Shown in pieces: positions 1-7,941 of a stretch of 32,000 nucleotides of DNA. Numbering within the stretch: the stretch's first letter is position 1; each line of letters starts with the position of its first letter. A program made the position numbers and the translations under genes. Below the pieces are notes generated by a model. The model ran no database searches, was not told the origin of the DNA, and saw only the letters and a program-made list of their open reading frames with translations. Source of the stretch: Archaeoglobus fulgidus DSM 4304 (lineage in GTDB: Archaea; Halobacteriota; Archaeoglobi; Archaeoglobales; Archaeoglobaceae); the NCBI RefSeq assembly GCF_000008665.1, contig NC_000917.1:1980001-2012000 (forward strand), written 5' to 3'.

Positions 1-1
1 C

Positions 2-385
2 GTATTTTCAAGCCTGAGCGCGATCGCTAGATTAGGAGGGTACCTGATTTACTTAGAAAAAACAATAAACGAATTAATTGGAAAAAACTTAATGATTTAC
101 GAAAGTGAATTTGTTCCAAAATTCTTCACGGGAAGTGCTATACTAGCTTACGATTTACCAAATGTCTTGGTATTTGGATGTACATCACTTTTTGTAATAT
201 CTTTTTTGGGTTATAAAGTTCTTGTAACAATCAATACTCCAGATTTTAACTTGATTTTGAGAAGTTTCATAATTTTAATTTTAGTTATATCAACAATATT
301 ATTTTTAGTTAATTTATTTACAATATTGAGAGTTAATAAAGTAAAAGATGAAATTGTTACTTTTTGTACTAAGAAAATTAAATAA
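2..385 (+). CDS. Hypothetical membrane protein, 5' end truncated by the window edge
   Basis: The ORF track starts it at the ATG at 92, but the same frame is open back to base 2 (VFSSLSAIARLGGYLIYLEKTINELIGKNLM...). Two hydrophobic segments (LPNVLVFGCTSLFVISFLGYKVLV; LILRSFIILILVISTILFLVNLF). Stop at 383-385. Confidence 0.6.
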   Translation, partial: VFSSLSAIARLGGYLIYLEKTINELIGKNLMIYESEFVPKFFTGSAILAYDLPNVLVFGCTSLFVISFLGYKVLVTINTPDFNLILRSFIILILVISTILFLVNLFTILRVNKVKDEIVTFCTKKIK

Positions 386-402
386 TAAAAAATAATAAAA
401 AA

Positions 403-2058
403 TCAGAAAATCTCGGGAGCCCTGAACTCCCCGAAAACATCTCTTAAGGCGTCAGTCATCTCACCCAGCGTTGCTCTCGCCTTCACAGCATCAAGAACGT
501 AGGGCATTAAATTCTCATCCTCTTTCTCTGCAGCCTTTCTGAGCCTGTCAAGAGCCTCCTCCACCTTCTTCGCATCTCTGTTCTTCCTGAACTCCTGCAA
601 CCTCCTTATCTGCTTCTCCACCACTGCTTTGTCAACTCTCAGTAGCTCAATCTGTATCTCCTCCTCAATCTGATACTTGTTCACTCCAACTACAGTAATC
701 TCTCCCTCGTCAATGGCCTTCTGCTTCTCGTAGGCGGACTTCTGAATCTCCCTCTGCACGTAACCGCTCTCAATCGCCTTAATCATTCCTCCCATCTCGT
801 CTATCTTCTCAATGTACTTCATTGCCTCCTCCTCTATTCTGTCCGTAAGCCATTCAATGTAGTAGCTCCCGCCCAGCGGGTCAACGACGTCAGCAACACC
901 GCTCTCTTCAGCAATAATCTGCTGCGTTCTCAGAGCAATCCTCACAGCCTTTTCAGTTGGCAGGCAGAGAGCTTCGTCAAAGCTGTTGGTGTGCAGAGAC
1001 TGACATCCGCCAAGCACCGCAGCTAAAGCCTGCAGAGCAACTCTCACAATGTTGTTTTCGGGCTGCTGTGCCGTCAGTGTACAACCAGCGGTTTGAACGT
1101 GGAAGCGAAGCATCATGGACCTCGGATTCTTCGCGTTGAACCTCTCCTTCATTATCCTCGCCCAAAGCCTTCTTGCAGCCCTGAACTTAGCAATCTCCTC
1201 AAGGAAGTTGTTTCCTGCAGCAAAGAAAAAGCTCAGCCTTGGAGCGAAGCTGTCAACATCCATGCCTCTCTCTATAACCTTCTCAACGTAGGTGATGCCG
1301 TCGGCAAGGGTAAAGGCAACCTCCTGAACGGGCGTGGCTCCAGCCTCCTCCATGTGGTAGCCTGAAATGCTAATGGAGTTCCACTTGGGCATCTCTTTTG
1401 CACAGAACATGATTATGTCAGTTGCAAGCCTCAACGACGGCTCGGGCGGGAAGATGTAGGTGCCACGGGCGATGTACTCCTTAAGCATGTCGTTCTGCAC
1501 CGTTCCCCTCAAATTCGCCCTCTCAACCCCCTGCTTTTCCGCAACGGCCACATACATGCTGAGAATCTGGGCGCAGGTGGAGTTGATGGTCATTGAGGTC
1601 GAAACTTTCCCCAACGGGATGCCGTTGAAAAGAATCTCCATGTCCTCAATGGTGTCTATGGCGACTCCAACCTTCCCGACTTCGCCAAGGGCCATTGGAT
1701 GGTCGGAGTCGTAGCCTATCTGTGTCGGCAGGTCGAAGGCAACGCTTAACCCCGTCTGTCCCTGCTCAAGCAGGTAGCGATATCTTCTGTTAGTCTCCTC
1801 GGCAGTGCCAAAGCCAGCATACTGCCTCATCGTCCAGAGCCTTCCCCTATACATTGTGGGATAGACTCCCCTCGTGAAGGGGTAAACTCCGGGATAGCCC
1901 AGCTTGTTCTCGTAATCAATCTCCACATCCTCAGGCGTGTAGAGGCGGTCAACCACTATGCCCGAGGATGTTTTGAACTCCTTCTTCCTTTCGGGGGATC
2001 TTTCGAGGAGAGGCTTTACGTACTTCTCCTCCCACTCCTTCTTGTTCATACAAACCAC
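403..2058 (-). CDS. mcmA1: Methylmalonyl-CoA mutase, large (catalytic) subunit of a split enzyme
   Basis: 551 aa; [55 protein letters not shown] and [30 protein letters not shown] are typical of the MCM catalytic domain. The B12-binding domain is absent and encoded separately at 4572-5006. Confidence 0.95.
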   Translation of the reverse strand: MVCMNKKEWEEKYVKPLLERSPERKKEFKTSSGIVVDRLYTPEDVEIDYENKLGYPGVYPFTRGVYPTMYRGRLWTMRQYAGFGTAEETNRRYRYLLEQGQTGLSVAFDLPTQIGYDSDHPMALGEVGKVGVAIDTIEDMEILFNGIPLGKVSTSMTINSTCAQILSMYVAVAEKQGVERANLRGTVQNDMLKEYIARGTYIFPPEPSLRLATDIIMFCAKEMPKWNSISISGYHMEEAGATPVQEVAFTLADGITYVEKVIERGMDVDSFAPRLSFFFAAGNNFLEEIAKFRAARRLWARIMKERFNAKNPRSMMLRFHVQTAGCTLTAQQPENNIVRVALQALAAVLGGCQSLHTNSFDEALCLPTEKAVRIALRTQQIIAEESGVADVVDPLGGSYYIEWLTDRIEEEAMKYIEKIDEMGGMIKAIESGYVQREIQKSAYEKQKAIDEGEITVVGVNKYQIEEEIQIELLRVDKAVVEKQIRRLQEFRKNRDAKKVEEALDRLRKAAEKEDENLMPYVLDAVKARATLGEMTDALRDVFGEFRAPEIF

Positions 2059-2481
2059 CTACTTAAGGTAAACAAGCACATCACCGCTCGCAACCTTATC
2101 TCCCTCCTTAACAACAATTTCCGCAATCTCCCCGTCTTCAGGAGATGCGATGGGATTCTCCATCTTCATGGCCTCGATAATCAGCACGGTCTCCCCCGCC
2201 TTGACCTTCTCTCCAACTTTCTTGAGGATTTTGGTCACAACACCAGCCATTGGGGCGGTGATTGCCTTACCCGTGGCTTTAACCTCTGCCCTCGCCTCCT
2301 CTCTCCTCTCAGCAAACCTCCTCTCCCTGATGTCGGCCTTCTCGAACTCCTTAAACTCGAACTTCTTCTTCACCTCAATTACAGCCTTTTTTCCGTTAAC
2401 CTTAACCTCAAAAACCATGGGGGAGACTTCCTCAACCTCCACCTCGTACTTCTTTCCCTGAACTTTAACTTCATACTTCAT
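2059..2481 (-). CDS. Biotin carboxyl carrier protein subunit of acyl-CoA (methylmalonyl/propionyl-CoA) carboxylase/decarboxylase
   Basis: 140 aa; C-terminal biotinyl domain with the EAMKM biotinylation motif (LIIEAMKMENPIASPEDGEI). Confidence 0.9.
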   Translation of the reverse strand: MKYEVKVQGKKYEVEVEEVSPMVFEVKVNGKKAVIEVKKKFEFKEFEKADIRERRFAERREEARAEVKATGKAITAPMAGVVTKILKKVGEKVKAGETVLIIEAMKMENPIASPEDGEIAEIVVKEGDKVASGDVLVYLK

Positions 2482-2603
2482 TCTCTCAACCTCGCCGCCA
2501 TCTTCCAGTTTCTTGGATATTCCCTGAGCTCAACCACTCCCTCCTTCTCTCTCAGATAGCGATTTATCGCAGCTACCGCAGCCAGAAACTCTTCAGGCGT
2601 CAT
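2478..2603 (-). CDS. Candidate small ORF (41 aa), possible accessory/epsilon-like subunit of the carboxylase complex
   Basis: Hand translation of the minus strand: MTPEEFLAAVAAINRYLREKEGVVELREYPRNWKMAARLRE*. Purine-rich RBS (GAGGTGGT) upstream of the ATG. The stop overlaps the biotin-carrier start codon as ATGA (2478-2481). Below the ORF track size cutoff. Confidence 0.65.
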   Translation of the reverse strand: MTPEEFLAAVAAINRYLREKEGVVELREYPRNWKMAARLRE

Positions 2604-2612
2604 TTTACCACC

Positions 2613-4163
2613 TCAGAGCGGGATGTTGCCGTGCTTCTTGGGTGGGAGCTTCTCCCTTTTGCTCTCCAGAATTCTCAAAGCTGAGACGACCTTCACTCTG
2701 GTGTACTTGGGGTCTATTATATCGTCTATGTAGCCGCGAGCCGCAGCCCTGTAAGGATTGGCGAACTTCTCCCTGTACTCCCTAATCTTCTCCTCCCTCA
2801 TGGCCTTCGGGTCTTCTGCAGCTTTAATCTCCTTCCTGAAGACAATCTCCGCAGCCCCCTCAGGCCCCATGACTGCAATTTCAGCGGTTGGATAGGCATA
2901 GACAATGTCCGCCCCAAGATGCTTGCTCCCCATAGCCAGATAGGCTCCTCCGTAGGCTTTTCTCAGGATAATCGTGACAAGCGGGACTGTTGCCTCGCTG
3001 TAGGCATACAGAACCTTGGCCCCATGCCTTATTATTCCCCCATACTCCTGCTGCACTCCCGGCAGGTAGCCCGGCACATCAACAAAGGTGATTATGGGGA
3101 TGTTGAAGGCATCGCAGAACCTCACGAACCTCGCAATCTTGTCGCTGCTGTCAACATCTAAGCAGCCTGCAAAGTGCCTCGGATTGTTGGCAACGATTCC
3201 CACGCTTTTTCCATCAATCCTCGCAAATCCCACAACAGCGTTGGGGGCGTAGTATGGATGGATTTCCAGTAGCTCTCCATTGTCAACAACTGCAGTAATC
3301 ACATCCCTCACATCGTAGGGCTTCTGCGGGTCGTCAGGCAGCACATCGTAAATCTCAGGCGTTAAGCGGACAGGGTCGTCGCCTGTCTTCACAACAGGCG
3401 GGTCCTCCATGTTGTTTAACGGCAGATAGCTGAGAAGCCTTCTTACGAGCATCATCGCATCTCTATCATCCTCAGCCACAAGATGACAGTTGCCGCTCTT
3501 CATCGCATGGGCCTGCCATCCTCCCAAATCAAAGGCCGAAACTTCCTCGCCTGTTACAGTCTTAATCACCTGAGGGCCGGTGATGAACATGTAGCAGTTA
3601 GGATTCTTGGTCATGACGATGAAATCGCCAATTGCGGGGCTGTAAACAGCTCCTCCAGCACACGGCCCCATTATCACGCTTATCTGCGGAATCACACCGC
3701 TCGCCAAGGTGTTGCGGTAGAAGATGTCCCCGTAGCCTTTGAGGGCATCAACTCCCTCCTGAATCCTCGCCCCGCCGCTGTCGTTCAGCCCCACAACGGG
3801 AATGCCGAGCTTCATCGCAAAGTCCAGAATGTAGGCAATCTTGAAGCCGTGCATCTCCCCCAAGCTTCCCCCCATCACCGTGAAGTCCTGAGCAAAAACG
3901 GCAACAGGTCTGCCGTCAACAGTTCCATAGCCCGTCACAACCCCGTCAGCGGGCAAATCCATCTTGTCAAGGCCGAAGTCGGTGTTCCTCTTCTCCACAA
4001 AGGGATTGATTTCAACAAAGCTCCCCGGGTCGAGCAGAAGTTCAATTCTCTCCCTTGCCGTAAGCTTCCCTTGTTCATGCTGCCTCTCTATCCTTTCCTT
4101 GCCTCCCATCTGCCTGATTTTCTCCTTTTTGCCGTAAAGCTCCTCAACAAGCTCTTTTCTCAT
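2613..4163 (-). CDS. mmdA: Methylmalonyl-CoA decarboxylase alpha / propionyl-CoA carboxylase carboxyltransferase subunit
   Basis: 516 aa carboxyltransferase family: [86 protein letters not shown]. Confidence 0.93.
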   Translation of the reverse strand: MRKELVEELYGKKEKIRQMGGKERIERQHEQGKLTARERIELLLDPGSFVEINPFVEKRNTDFGLDKMDLPADGVVTGYGTVDGRPVAVFAQDFTVMGGSLGEMHGFKIAYILDFAMKLGIPVVGLNDSGGARIQEGVDALKGYGDIFYRNTLASGVIPQISVIMGPCAGGAVYSPAIGDFIVMTKNPNCYMFITGPQVIKTVTGEEVSAFDLGGWQAHAMKSGNCHLVAEDDRDAMMLVRRLLSYLPLNNMEDPPVVKTGDDPVRLTPEIYDVLPDDPQKPYDVRDVITAVVDNGELLEIHPYYAPNAVVGFARIDGKSVGIVANNPRHFAGCLDVDSSDKIARFVRFCDAFNIPIITFVDVPGYLPGVQQEYGGIIRHGAKVLYAYSEATVPLVTIILRKAYGGAYLAMGSKHLGADIVYAYPTAEIAVMGPEGAAEIVFRKEIKAAEDPKAMREEKIREYREKFANPYRAAARGYIDDIIDPKYTRVKVVSALRILESKREKLPPKKHGNIPL

Positions 4164-4171
4164 GCTATCCC

Positions 4172-4567
4172 TCAGCCCTCAACAAACTCCAGCAAAACAC
4201 CGTGCGTGCTTTTCGGATGGACGAAGGCAACCTTTTTCCCGCCAGCTCCAACTCTTGGCTTCTCGTCGATTAGCCTCAGTCCCGCCTCTTTGGCTTTGTT
4301 CAGCGCCTCTTCAATGTTCTCCACATTAACCGCAATGTGGTGAATCCCCTCTCCTCTCGACGAGATGAACTTGGCAATGGCGCTGTCTTCAGAAGTCGCT
4401 TCCAGAAGCTCCACCCTGCTCTCTCCAGCGGGAAGCATCGCAACTCTCACTTTCTGCTCCGCCACCTCCTCAATCTCCTCAACCCCGAATCCAAGAGCCT
4501 CGTATGTCTTAACAGCCTCTTCAAGGCTCTTTACTGCAACACCAACATGGTCAATTTTCCTTATCAA
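4172..4567 (-). CDS. mce: Methylmalonyl-CoA epimerase (glyoxalase/VOC family)
   Basis: 131 aa; [27 protein letters not shown] ... [18 protein letters not shown] ... [14 protein letters not shown]; in operon with the mutase subunits. Confidence 0.92.
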   Translation of the reverse strand: MIRKIDHVGVAVKSLEEAVKTYEALGFGVEEIEEVAEQKVRVAMLPAGESRVELLEATSEDSAIAKFISSRGEGIHHIAVNVENIEEALNKAKEAGLRLIDEKPRVGAGGKKVAFVHPKSTHGVLLEFVEG

Positions 4568-4571
4568 GCTA

Positions 4572-5006
4572 TCACCTCTTTAACTTGGGCACCTCGGCCC
4601 TGATAAAATCAATTATCTCGTTCAGCGGAGTGCCGGGCCCGAAGACCTTCGCCACACCCATCTCCTTGAGCTTTGGCACGTCCTCTTCTGGAACGATGCC
4701 CCCTACAATGACGAGTACATCCCTGTTCGGCTCCAGACCCCTCTTCCTCAGCTCTTCAATGACCATCGGCGTGAGTTCAAGGTGAGCCCCGCTCAGAATG
4801 CTCAACCCAACAACATCAGCGTCCTCCTGCAGTGCGGTTTCAGCGATTTCCTCAGGAGTTCTTCTAATGCCCGTGTATATAACCTCAAAGCCCGCATCCC
4901 TCAAAGCTCTGGCAACAACCTTTGCCCCCCTGTCATGACCATCAAGGCCGGGCTTGGCAACAATAACCCTGATTTTCCTCGTAAGCTGAGCCTCCAAAAG
5001 CCTCAC
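4572..5006 (-). CDS. mcmA2: Methylmalonyl-CoA mutase, cobalamin-binding small subunit
   Basis: 144 aa; [34 protein letters not shown] (DxHxxG cobalamin ligand motif), [37 protein letters not shown]. Confidence 0.94.
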   Translation of the reverse strand: MRLLEAQLTRKIRVIVAKPGLDGHDRGAKVVARALRDAGFEVIYTGIRRTPEEIAETALQEDADVVGLSILSGAHLELTPMVIEELRKRGLEPNRDVLVIVGGIVPEEDVPKLKEMGVAKVFGPGTPLNEIIDFIRAEVPKLKR

Positions 5007-5143
5007 CCCGTAGGGGAGTAGTTGTCATATAGGTAAAAATTTTTCGGATTAATTCCGCTAAATGCCTTCTGTGAGGTTTGAATTTTGGGCGATGAGAAGT
5101 TCATTCCAAATAATTTTAAATAAGTTGGCTCGGTCTAACAATC

Positions 5144-5410
5144 ATGAAAAAGTATGATGCTATTGTCATAGGAACGGGCTCGGCAATGATAATCGTTCAG
5201 GGATTGCTGAGCATGAATCCGGATTCGAGAATTGCCGTTATTGACAAATACAGGCCGAGAGGAATCTGCCTCACGAGGGGATGCATTCCCTCCAAGATGG
5301 TTATCTCGGTAGCTGAGATTATTGCAGACATCGAAAAGACCAGAGAGCTTGGAGTTGATGCAGAGATAAAGAGTGTGGACTTTGGGAGGATAATGAAAAG
5401 GATGAGTTGA
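5144..5410 (+). pseudogene. N-terminal remnant of a dihydrolipoamide dehydrogenase/mercuric reductase-like flavoprotein
   Basis: 88 aa only: MKKYDAIVIGTGSAMII...GICLTRGCIPSKMVI...VDFGRIMKRMS*. It has the FAD-binding N-terminus and redox-active CxxxxC, but lacks the rest of the FAD, NAD and dimerisation domains (about 450 aa normally). Confidence 0.8.
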
Positions 5411-5521
5411 ATACATAAGGAGGTGGTTGTTTGAGGAGTGAAATTATTTTTGGGATATCACAGTTGATTTGTGGCTAATCGGAATTAATCTTGGATGGGA
5501 AAAATTTAAACTATATGTGGA

Positions 5522-5565
5522 GTTAGGAAGCACCCCCTGGTCTGGGGATGCCTCCACGTTCTAAC
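5522..5565. other. GC-rich hairpin / possible small structured RNA or element remnant
   Basis: GTTAGGAAGCACCCCCTGGTCTGGGGATGCCTCCACGTTCTAAC: outer GTTAG/CTAAC pairing and inner CCCC-TGGTCT-GGGG plus GCA/TGC pairing. It lies in AT-rich sequence, with a TATA-like tract (TTTAAACTATAT) just upstream. Confidence 0.4.
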
Positions 5566-5610
5566 TTTTGTAATTACACGTATATTTAATTTACGGATTT
5601 TCTTAGTCAG

Positions 5611-6633
5611 TCAATATTTTGTCTCATTTATGATTTCAGAGATGCTTTTGCATTCTACATCATAAAGGCTGGATATGTTTTTAGCCAAAACCTTGCCTGC
5701 ATCATCGAAATAAGCCAAAACATCTGTATCGCGAATAAATTCGTAATCCCTATCTATGTTTAGAAACTTTACTCCTCCTTCTACAAACTGAGCATATTTA
5801 AGAACGTACTCGAATTTAGGTGAGTTTTCTATCCATTCTTTTTTTATCTGTCCGGGAACGACGTAAATGACAGGTTCAGCGTAATCTAAAGCTTCTGGAA
5901 TTTTTTGAGATGAAATCGGCGTAATGTATTTAATCTTGTTGGTTCCACAATGGGTGATCGACCCTTTAATATTATATTTTTCTAATAATTTTTTCAACTC
6001 TTGAACATCCAAGCGAAAGTCTCCCTTCAGTAAGTTAATCTCTACCAAAGAAAGCACGATGTCTGATGCCGATATGAAGGGATTGCACTGGTCTCCTTTT
6101 GGAAATGTCTTGATTTTTGCTGAAATATTATTTTTAAGGATTTCCCAAGCATATGTTACTTCGCCATCAAAAGAATCCAAGTGGATTTCAATGTTATCAA
6201 AACTGATTGCTTCATCATTGAATATGGCGCTCCAAGCTGCTACGTAAGGAAAATAGCTACTCAGATGCCTAAGAAACTCTATGGTTTTCTTTTCTTGTTG
6301 CCTTTTTCTGCGGTCTTTTCTGTAATAAATCACCTTTTCAACTTTTTTAGTATTAAACGATGCAAATACAATGTGAATTCTACAGGAATCTGCAATCACG
6401 ATATTTACAAAGTTTTGAGCAACATCTTCAAAATCCTGCAAACCCAACTTGCGTTTCAACTCATAGCTTTTAAAAACGTTTCTTGGACTACTTATTTGAT
6501 AGGCCGATTTTATCTCTTCTATAAAGTTTAGATAGCGTCTTTTGAACCCTACAGGTTCTTTTATCTCTAATACTACTCCCAAACAAGCCTCAAAATTTCT
6601 GATCCTGATAAGTTTGCTGTCCGATGCCAGCAT
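5611..6633 (-). CDS. Hypothetical protein (orphan, AT-rich island)
   Basis: 340 aa continuous ORF; no family recognised with confidence. Located between a truncated gene and an IS element. Confidence 0.7.
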   Translation of the reverse strand: MLASDSKLIRIRNFEACLGVVLEIKEPVGFKRRYLNFIEEIKSAYQISSPRNVFKSYELKRKLGLQDFEDVAQNFVNIVIADSCRIHIVFASFNTKKVEKVIYYRKDRRKRQQEKKTIEFLRHLSSYFPYVAAWSAIFNDEAISFDNIEIHLDSFDGEVTYAWEILKNNISAKIKTFPKGDQCNPFISASDIVLSLVEINLLKGDFRLDVQELKKLLEKYNIKGSITHCGTNKIKYITPISSQKIPEALDYAEPVIYVVPGQIKKEWIENSPKFEYVLKYAQFVEGGVKFLNIDRDYEFIRDTDVLAYFDDAGKVLAKNISSLYDVECKSISEIINETKY

Positions 6634-6694
6634 AGCTCAAATTTATTCTACACATTATTTCAATATTTTGGTATTATGGGACTTTGGGACAAAA

Positions 6695-7657
6695 TTACCT
6701 CATCACCCTCACAGCAAATATGTTGTGCCAAAGCCCGACAGCAAACAAAGCCATCTCCCTCCTGTCCTCCCTCCTCTGCCTTATCAACCATCCAAATCTC
6801 CTCTTATCAGCAGAAAAACCTGCCTCGCTCAGATTTCTCTTAAAATATCTCTTCAGAAACCTGTAAGGCATTTCAACAATCCTCTCAATAACTCTCAACC
6901 AATCAAATCCAATTCTGGAAAGATTTCGCTTTGGAATGACGTAGACAGATGTCTCAGCATCAAACATCCTTAAAGTCTTCCTTGTGCTGTAATACTTATC
7001 CAGAGAAATCGAGTTTACCTTCACTCCCATGCTTTTGAGCATCTTCATCGCCTTCTCGAAGGCATCCTTCTCAGATTTTGCAGAATAACCAAATCCAACG
7101 TACATTCCCGTTTCAAGATCGATTATCCTGAAAACGTATCGGAAATCTTTACCTTTCTTCTTCGGATTGCTTCGATAGTGCTTAGTGATGGCTAAGCTGT
7201 AACCTGTTCCATCTCCTGAAAATTCTCCTGATACTCCTTCATCCTTCAACAAAAGAATGAAGAGGTTGTGCAAGGCCATCCTTACCTCTTCATCCGAGTA
7301 CAATCTTTCTATCGTCTTGTAGCTCACCCTGATTCCAAACAAAGGCTCGAATAACTCAAGCAGCTCTTCAACATCCCTGTTCGACTTATTTATCAGTCTT
7401 GCAAACAGGAAAAGCATAACTCTCTTCTCCAGATCAACTTTCTTTGGCCTTCCTACTCTTTTCTCAATTCTGATCGCAGAAACAGCCTCTCTAACGTATT
7501 TAGGAAGTTTTCTCAGCCTTTCCTTGACAATTTCCCTCTTCCTCTCCCATTCAGCATAGGGATATTTCTCCTTCTCCTCCTGTCTTATCTCCTCAACTAT
7601 CTCATCCAGAACCTCCAGAAGTTCTCTTACCATCTTCTTCGTTATTCTCACGTTCAC
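6695..7657 (-). CDS. ISA1214-family transposase
   Basis: 320 aa inside the terminal repeats; N-terminal GRPKKVDLEKRVMLFLFARLINKSNRDVEELLELFEPLFGIRVSYKTIERLYS and a DDE-like core beginning GEFSGDGTGYSL. Confidence 0.88.
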   Translation of the reverse strand: MNVRITKKMVRELLEVLDEIVEEIRQEEKEKYPYAEWERKREIVKERLRKLPKYVREAVSAIRIEKRVGRPKKVDLEKRVMLFLFARLINKSNRDVEELLELFEPLFGIRVSYKTIERLYSDEEVRMALHNLFILLLKDEGVSGEFSGDGTGYSLAITKHYRSNPKKKGKDFRYVFRIIDLETGMYVGFGYSAKSEKDAFEKAMKMLKSMGVKVNSISLDKYYSTRKTLRMFDAETSVYVIPKRNLSRIGFDWLRVIERIVEMPYRFLKRYFKRNLSEAGFSADKRRFGWLIRQRREDRREMALFAVGLWHNIFAVRVMR

Positions 7658-7708
7658 AACCTGAATCCAACCACAAACTATATAAAGATATCTATAGATA
7701 TATCAAGT

Positions 7709-7867
7709 ATGAGGAGGATTGAGATAGTCAAGGATAAGCTTTTGCTCACAGATGAGGTGGAGGTTGTGTACGAGAAGAGGGTAACTCCCTTCGGAACTTC
7801 AGCCAAGGTCAGCGTTCCAAAAAAGCATATTGGACAGAGAGCTTATGTTATAATCCTCAAAGATTGA
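7709..7867 (+). CDS. Small IS-encoded accessory protein (DUF2080/AbrB-like; ISA1214 second ORF)
   Basis: Hand translation: MRRIEIVKDKLLLTDEVEVVYEKRVTPFGTSAKVSVPKKHIGQRAYVIILKD* (52 aa), divergent from the transposase and inside the IS termini. Absent from the ORF track. Confidence 0.8.
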   Translation: MRRIEIVKDKLLLTDEVEVVYEKRVTPFGTSAKVSVPKKHIGQRAYVIILKD

Positions 7868-7941
7868 TCTGAGAATTTTGTCCCAAAACCGGTATTATAG
7901 CCCAAATCAAAAAACTGCATTCTAAAACCAAATAAGAAAAA

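Larger units (their letters stand above)
6678..7890. mobile_element. Complete ISA1214-type insertion sequence (ISNCY family), about 1213 bp
   Basis: Terminal inverted repeats share a perfect 14-mer: TTTGGGACAAAATT (6683-6696) versus AATTTTGTCCCAAA (7874-7887). Flanked by 8-bp direct repeats GGTATTAT (6670-6677 and 7891-7898). Length matches the ISA1214 name. Confidence 0.9.

Noticed and set aside
3483-4343. 286-aa plus-strand ORF (also 2919-3161 and others in the same region)
   Set aside because: Antisense to the well-supported carboxyltransferase and epimerase genes; low-complexity, His/Pro/Ser-rich translation typical of the opposite strand of a GC-biased gene.
5611-7898. Possibility that the island is a defence or toxin-antitoxin cassette
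   Set aside because: Only one orphan ORF and a standard IS are present; the divergent 52-aa ORF lies inside the IS termini, so it belongs to the element rather than forming a TA pair with the orphan ORF.
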